From Octopus vulgaris (lineage: Eukaryota), in assembly GCA_951406725.2 (NCBI GenBank), contig OX597817.1, forward strand, positions 102,858,001 to 102,922,000: DNA of 64,000 nt. The letters run 5' to 3'. Positions 57,668 through 64,000 of this stretch are shown piece after piece; position 1 is the stretch's first letter, and the number at the start of each line of letters is the position of its first letter. Made by a program: the position numbers and the translations under genes. Below the pieces are notes generated by a model. That model saw nothing but the letters and a program-made list of their open reading frames with translations. It did not search any database and was not told the DNA's origin.

Positions 57668-58300
57668 GGATCTTTTCCTTTTGAACGGCAGATGTCAACA
57701 CAATTTCTAGTTAACTAAACACTTTTAAACTTCGTATACTGGTAGAATGTGTTTATAAAACATCATTTTCTCTTGGTTTTATTGAGAAAATTCTATAGTT
57801 TGTAAGATATTTCGTCTGAAAATCCGAGCATTTCGGCAATTTTAACCAGTCGATTACCTCCATTCAACTAAAATCATTTGCTGCGTCTAAAACTGAGACA
57901 ACATCTTGTAACTAACCCTAAACCTCCCCACTAACCCTAATTTTCTCTTTCTTAATTGTTAAATTAATTTAATTCCATTGCTTTAGTTTTTTTTACACGC
58001 GTAACAATTAAATTAATTTAACAATTAAGAAAAAAAATTTAGGGTTAGGGCTAGGGGGGAGGTTTATGGTTAGTTACAGGATGTTGTCTCAGTTTTAGAC
58101 GCAGCAAATGATTTTAGCTCAAAAGAGAGCATAGGATTGGTTAAAATTCGAAAAATTAAACTACGTTAAACAAACAAATTACAATTTTCTCAAGAAAGCC
58201 AAGAGAAAAAATGTTTTATTTTGACACATTCTACCAATATACGAAGTTTTAAAGTGTTTAGTTAACTAGAAATTGTCTGCCGTTCAAAAGGAAAAGATCC
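57668..58300. mobile_element. Foldback MITE (Mutator- or Merlin-like), 9-bp TSD
   Basis: ~300-bp imperfect inverted arms starting GGATCTTTTCCTTTTGAACGGCAGA; TSD CGATATGTG / CGATAGGTG. Confidence 0.85.
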
Positions 58301-59399
58301 CGATAGGTGTTCAGGCAACATATTTACTCTTGAAAGGAAGTCAATTCTTATGTCCGTATATAACATAGTGGGATAAGGGAAGTAGAACTACATTTTCTAT
58401 GTCTTTCCTTTTAAGGACGATAGGGTATAATTTAAGAGAGATTTGCCGTCTGTCTTGCATTATTTTTTATTTTTTTGTCTCACTGCTTTATTGCATAGTG
58501 GATAAGAACTTGGACGATTGAATGATCTCTGGTTCAATCAGCACTCGATGCAGAGTCTAAATTGCTCGTAACGTCATGTTTTTATTTATACCGGTATCCT
58601 AGCATGGCCATACTCCGATGACTGACACAAATACAAGAATAAAAGAATAAACAAAATATATGCTCATGTTCGGATAGCGAACGTTCATAACGTTAAATCA
58701 GAATATCAGTTACAAGGCTGCCAATTCATGAAAATCATATTGAGTCGTTGTAAGATGTCTGTGTTTGCATATTTCATTATACTCCTGTGTGTTAGAAGTT
58801 TCAAAGCTTGCAAATTGTCTAACTTATGGAAATTTGGTTTCCTGTATTTGGAAATTGTGGAGATTATTGATTTGTTTCCAATATATAAATATTGTATATT
58901 GGTTTATTGGTATTCAGAATTAACTCTCAGACAGACAGAGATTAATTAATTTTCATGATGGCTGTTTCAGGAAAAGAGGCAGTTATAGCGTGATACAAGT
59001 AGTTAAGTTAGTGCTAACATACTAGAATTAATTCAAGAAACCAAAACTTTTAATTAATTAAAATTACACCTATACTGATGACAAAAATAATTAGCTTAAT
59101 GATTAAGTTTGGAGAGAAAGCTTTTTTTTTAATCCGATTAAAAACATGAAATCTCAGTGATAAAGGGAGCAGTAGAAGTCACTCTAGGTATAACCGAGAA
59201 TTGAGATCAGGGTTGAAGTGTGGCGGAGTGGAAACGTGAGAGTCGTTTGGTGTTATGGTCTGTCACAATGATTTGGCGTGAATCATTTCATATTTAATCA
59301 TATAACGGATTTACTCGATGTTATGCATAATGAAATAATTCTATAGATTTATTATGTGCATGTTAATTGTAATGTTTAGCTACTTTCTCATCAGTTTGT

Positions 59400-59640
59400 G
59401 AAAGCGCATGGTCTAATGGTTGGGATGCTGCCCGCAAGATCGTAGTTTCGATCGGGCGGTGCGTTGCGTTCTTGAGTAAAACATTATTTCACGTTACTCC
59501 AGCCTACTCAGCTATACATGAACAACCCTACAGCGGACTGGCGTTCTGTTCAGAGGGAATGTTGTGATCTCAGTCTCTTATACGCTAAGGAAACTTGGTA
59601 ACTTATTCTATGACCCAATATGACCTAAGACTCGAGAGAG
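59400..59640 (+). mobile_element. tRNA-derived SINE family C
   Basis: tggtctaatgg A box, gtttcgatc B box; core shared with 21855-22180. Confidence 0.6.
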
Positions 59641-61111
59641 TACTTATTTCTCAGTTTATGTAAGAAAAGTCATAGCTGGAGAGATTTGTTGAAAACATTC
59701 TGAAGTGAAACCCACAGTGTAGGTGTGGTAAAAGGAAGTACAAATTGTAGGGCTGGGAGAAAGGGTGCATATTGCAGAAATGGCCAAGGGTGCTAAATAT
59801 CCTGGAACTTTACCGACAGTAAGATGTAATGCGACGGCGATTTGGCTGCTATTTCTAGTATATCAAGAAACCACGTTGAGGTTTGCCTTATACATGATCG
59901 GTTTTAAACTCGTAGGTGGATCGCAGTGGGACACAGGTACTGTTTAGCTTCATTGTTACTCGCATTTTGTTCAAAGTTTGGTTCACTGGTAACTCACAGG
60001 TAAACAGCATTTCACAAGCTTCAAAGCTCTGCATTTAAATGTAAATAATGTCACATTGTAGTAAATGATGCTAGATGTAATACTTTCTGGTCTGCTGTCG
60101 AGGATAATCTGCTTAAACTGGCGAAGATCTGCCGAGCGTGCAGACGTGAATTACTCTAGTGTCTGAATGTTCACAGAGTGAGGAAGAGGATGAGTTGGAC
60201 GATCAAGAAAATGAGAAGAGGAAGAGAAATTGGTGAAAATTATTTAAAATAGTAGCCTGCGTTTCAGTAGTAGCTTGGATTACGTAGGTGAAGTGGGAGT
60301 TACGGGATTTGTGAGAAGTTGAAAGATGCAGCTGATGATGACCCCGATGCCATAAGTAAGGTGTAGATGAGTGAGTTCGGGAAGCCAGTGAGCGTGTAGG
60401 GAATAGTTTTAAAGAGATTTGAAAGGAACAGCTTGTTTGTGGAAGTTGATGAGCGCGTAATTTTATGTTTGCTGAAAATAAATGTTTGGTTTAGGCAAAA
60501 AGTTAAAGAGAATGAAATCGAAAGGTTTGGCTAATTTTTAGAAAAAGAATTCTGTGTAAAAAGAAAAAGGAAATGAAAAAAAAAAACGTTATTTCTTTAC
60601 TTGTTTACTGACCTTTAGTAAGATGATCACGTTTGCATATTGGGACGGTCTGTATGGAGAATTGGATCAGTCGACCACTAGCCGAGTGATTGGTGGTTTG
60701 TATCATGTTACAAGGAGTTGGTCGTGTCGGTAACCATGACTCTTAACTCCTAACAGTCAAGCCCAACTAGTATTACGTTGTTGATGTGTAGCTGCAAGTC
60801 CTGATTATTTGGCTGCATGACATGGAATTAGTCGAACGATCGACCTGATACGATCCACGAATCCAAATCCTCCCATGTAATATACTTGCCATACTGAGCA
60901 GTCGGTTTATCATTTGAAGTGAATGTGATAATTTGAATAGTTGTATCGTCTACGTTGTTTTGTCTATTCCTACATGCCTGTTATTGTTTATATTTTAAAG
61001 TGATAAACTATAGATTTTCTATTGAACTCAGAGCCAGAAATCTAAGTTACAACGTTTTCTACACGAATACGTCGATTTAAACAATGCGATCGAAGATAGA
61101 AAAAATAGTTA

Positions 61112-61167
61112 TTGGATATGTATGCATATTTCAAGAGTTATTACTCTTTCATCAGCACTAAATCCAA
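61112..61167 (-). ncRNA. Type I hammerhead ribozyme, intact core
   Basis: uuggau-uua-gug CUGAUGA aagagu-aaua-acucuu GAAA uaugca UA cau-auccaa. Confidence 0.75.
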
Positions 61168-61521
61168 CCGATCAGCTATCCACGAACGCATTGCTTAAAT
61201 ACCCATTAAGGTTTAGCGGTGTAGCACTATTGGATATACCAACTTGCATATTAAACCCATTACTGGCAACTGGTACGTAAATATCAATTACTAGCAAAGA
61301 CACAGTATTTCGTTTTGCAACCATAATATATTACCAAATATAATAAAGGTTTACAAGTCAGTACCGTATCTTACTTTTTGTGTTAACGGTGCAATATTCT
61401 CTTTTTTAAGTGATAAACTTTAGATTTACTATAGAATTCAGAGCCAACACTTAAAGTTACGAGCTTTCATTTACAAACACGTCTATGTAAACGATACGAT
61501 CGAAGATAGAAAAGATAGGTA

Positions 61522-61577
61522 ATGAGTGTATATGCATATTTCGGAAGTTATTGCTCTTTCATCAGCACCACATCCAA
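61522..61577 (-). ncRNA. Second type I hammerhead copy, weakened stem II
   Basis: gug CUGAUGA aagagcaauaacuucc GAAA uaugca UA uac. Confidence 0.55.
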
Positions 61578-61715
61578 CCCATCAACTATCCAATTGTGTT
61601 ACACTGCTAAAACTTAATGGATATTTAAGCAATGCGTTCGTGGACAGTTGATTGGTTGGACGTGGTACTGATGAAAAAGTAATAAGCTCCAAATTGTTGT
61701 TGTTGTTGTTGTTAT

Positions 61716-61857
61716 TAAGGCGGCAAGCTGGCGGAATCGTTAGCACGCCGGGCGAAGTGCTTAGCGATATTTTGTTTGTCTTCATGTTCTGAGTTCAAAT
61801 TCCACCGACGTCGACTTTGCCTTTCATCTTCTCGGAGTCGATAAAATAAGTACCAGT
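61716..61857 (+). mobile_element. tRNA-derived SINE family A (3'-truncated)
   Basis: Highly similar to the 50306 head. Confidence 0.8.
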
Positions 61858-62407
61858 AATCTCAGGTCCTAATGTCGTGTGAATTCAGCTCTTTACGAAT
61901 CGCTAGTAATGTAATAGATGAGACATATGTCAAAAGATTAATGGCTTCGTAGGTTGCTTTCATACCTCCGGACTCTGTAGTCAGCAAATATTTGTTTGTT
62001 GTTTCATTTACTGCCTAATGCTGATTTATCGAATTCTTTGTTTATACTGGTGTTGTTTGGTCTGTCATTCAAATTAAGGTTATGGGCCTATGAAAACATA
62101 TCATCCCAGGCGTTCACAGGTTTCTGGTGTTCTTCCGTTTGTACAATATAGGTATGGATTTCAGCTAATTGTTGGTGTGTTGTTTACTGCTAGAATTAGC
62201 CGACCATTCTGTCTGCCCATCATTGGAAGTGGGATGATTATCTTCAATGGTTGGCTTTATAATGCCACCTGTTTTGAATCCGACATTTCGGTTAGATGTA
62301 TTAATCTAAATCTGATGATACGTTTTGCTTGTTCATTTAAACGTTTTAGGAGAAAATCTAATTCTGGGTGTTTGGAGTTCTTCAACTTTTTTATTGACTG
62401 ACCACGA

Positions 62408-62492
62408 TGTATGTATGTATGTATGTATGTATGTATGTATGTATGTATGTATGTATTATGTATGTATGTATGTATGTATGTATGTATGTATG
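62408..62492. repeat. (TATG)n microsatellite
   Basis: Direct reading. Confidence 0.95.
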
Positions 62493-63853
62493 TTCTCCCT
62501 CTTTTATTTAGAATAAATTTTGACCGGCCACTTACTTGGTAGCAAGGTTGTGAAGGAAACCATCTTGTTTTAAGCAAGTACCCGTTAAATCTTAGGAAGG
62601 TTTGCTGATTTTCATAGTCCCAGATATCGTGATCATTTGTATCGTATGAATTAAGGATTTTTATTCTTTCTCCAAGATCCCAAATTCGGCCTTACTTTGC
62701 TCAGATGTGTTGGTATGTATCCTGTTGCTCCAATAATAATAATAGGTACGAAGCTGAAAGTGTATCTTGGATACTGGACTTGCAAATTCCTTATCAATGG
62801 GCCATATATGCCCTCTTTCTCTTGTATTTTTTTAATCACATTCGTGACAAAAGGGCTGCTGATTTCTTCAACAGATCTTCTCTTTGTGGTCCCACACATC
62901 AGTATCTGGCCGGTTGTGTTTTAACCTGGTGGTTGTTTTAATTTTTAAGTTCCACCAATATTCTTTTGACCAGTCGGTCTCAATATGGTCAATTTCGCCT
63001 ATAAGTGTTTTCTCTTTTGCTATCCTGTTCCAAACAGTTCTGGCTACCGCATCATGCCTCATGGGAAAATAATACCTGGAAGATATTCTCTTGCATTTAG
63101 CAATAATGTGGTTGATGTCTTCTGTCTTGGTCTTGCATAGCCTACATTTGTTGCCTGTCAACGTTTTCTGTCTTTTATGCTTTAGGTACATAGTGAAGAT
63201 CTCTTGCTCTTGAATTGTATGGGGGTAGTCTTCGAAGTGGAATGTCATAAACTTGTTGGTACTTCATGCCAAGCTTTTCATATGATCAGTCCCTTCTACG
63301 GTTTGTGTTTTACGCGCCAAGTACTCATGTACTATCTTCTCAGTGAATTGGTCCATTTTCTTAAAATTCTGTTCTGATAAATAAATTTTACCAGTGCTCC
63401 TGTATCCGCTCTTATTTCATAGTTCATTAACTATGTTGTTGATATCATAGCCACAGACTTGGGAAGAAAATTACTAGTCTCTTTCCTCTGCTGCAGATAT
63501 TGTTTCAGTGTCACAATATGTGCTTCAAATGACATCGATACAGATTTAAGATCACAGCCACCATGTTTACATAGGAAGAAATACAGTTTGTCTACATCTT
63601 CATTGATGTTGAAGTTCTCAGTAACGGTGAGCAGCTTGCGAGTTCGAACATCTATCTCACCGAGTTCCTATAGAGAACAGTTCAGAAGGCCACACGTAGG
63701 CGTGAGGCCAGGCACCACAAAGGTGTTGTGGGCAATATGCTTGTTGTAAGCTGAAAGTTCTGATGACCATATTTTTTTTACGCTCCTAAGGTATTCGTTC
63801 CTGGTTATCTCCTGGTCCATCATATCTGACATTCTTATCTTGTCCAAGATACC
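62493..63853 (-). mobile_element. 5'-truncated R4/Dong-like non-LTR retrotransposon (RLE type), frameshifted
   Basis: SELSAYNKHIAHNTF; CRLC..EDINHIIAKC zinc knuckle; RHD; HNRPD endonuclease; PIIIIGATG; short 3' UTR with AATAAA. Confidence 0.82.
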
Positions 63854-63865
63854 TATGTATGTATG

Positions 63866-63899
<34 letters not shown>

Positions 63900-63941
63900 T
63901 GTATGTATGTATGCATGTATGCATGTATGCATGTATGCATG

Positions 63942-63973
<32 letters not shown>

Positions 63974-64000
63974 TGTAGTATGTATGTATGTATGTATGTA
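63854..64000. repeat. (TATG)n microsatellite
   Basis: Direct reading. Confidence 0.95.

Larger units (their letters stand above)
60990..61692 (-). mobile_element. Retrozyme / non-autonomous Penelope-like element: 410-bp-period direct repeat with hammerheads plus inverted segment
   Basis: 60990-61180 matches 61400-61590; 61588-61692 is an inverted copy of ~61135-61235. Confidence 0.7.

Noticed and set aside
60000-60460. Possible CR1/Jockey LINE relic on minus strand
   Set aside because: Only vague compositional resemblance; no diagnostic motif

Overview
AT-rich, repeat-dense animal genomic DNA. The tRNA-SINE, RTE and microsatellite content suggests an octopod cephalopod (inference). Bases 318-29239 (+) hold the last 20 coding exons of cohesin subunit SMC1 (SMC1A-like), all with GT-AG introns and consistent phases; the 5' exons lie upstream of the window. 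The 3' UTR may reach ~34 kb. The remaining ~30 kb is intergenic with no host gene seen. It holds SINEs, mariner/hAT/RTE relics, a foldback MITE, an R4/Dong-like retrotransposon fragment between (CATA)n tracts, and microsatellites. The most notable non-obvious signal is a set of type I hammerhead ribozyme motifs in Penelope-pLTR/retrozyme-like contexts. These are a 410-bp tandem unit bounded by two hammerheads (61.0-61.7 kb), one antisense and one sense motif in SMC1 introns, and degenerate copies elsewhere. All folding and alignment was done by eye, and most repeat boundaries are approximate.
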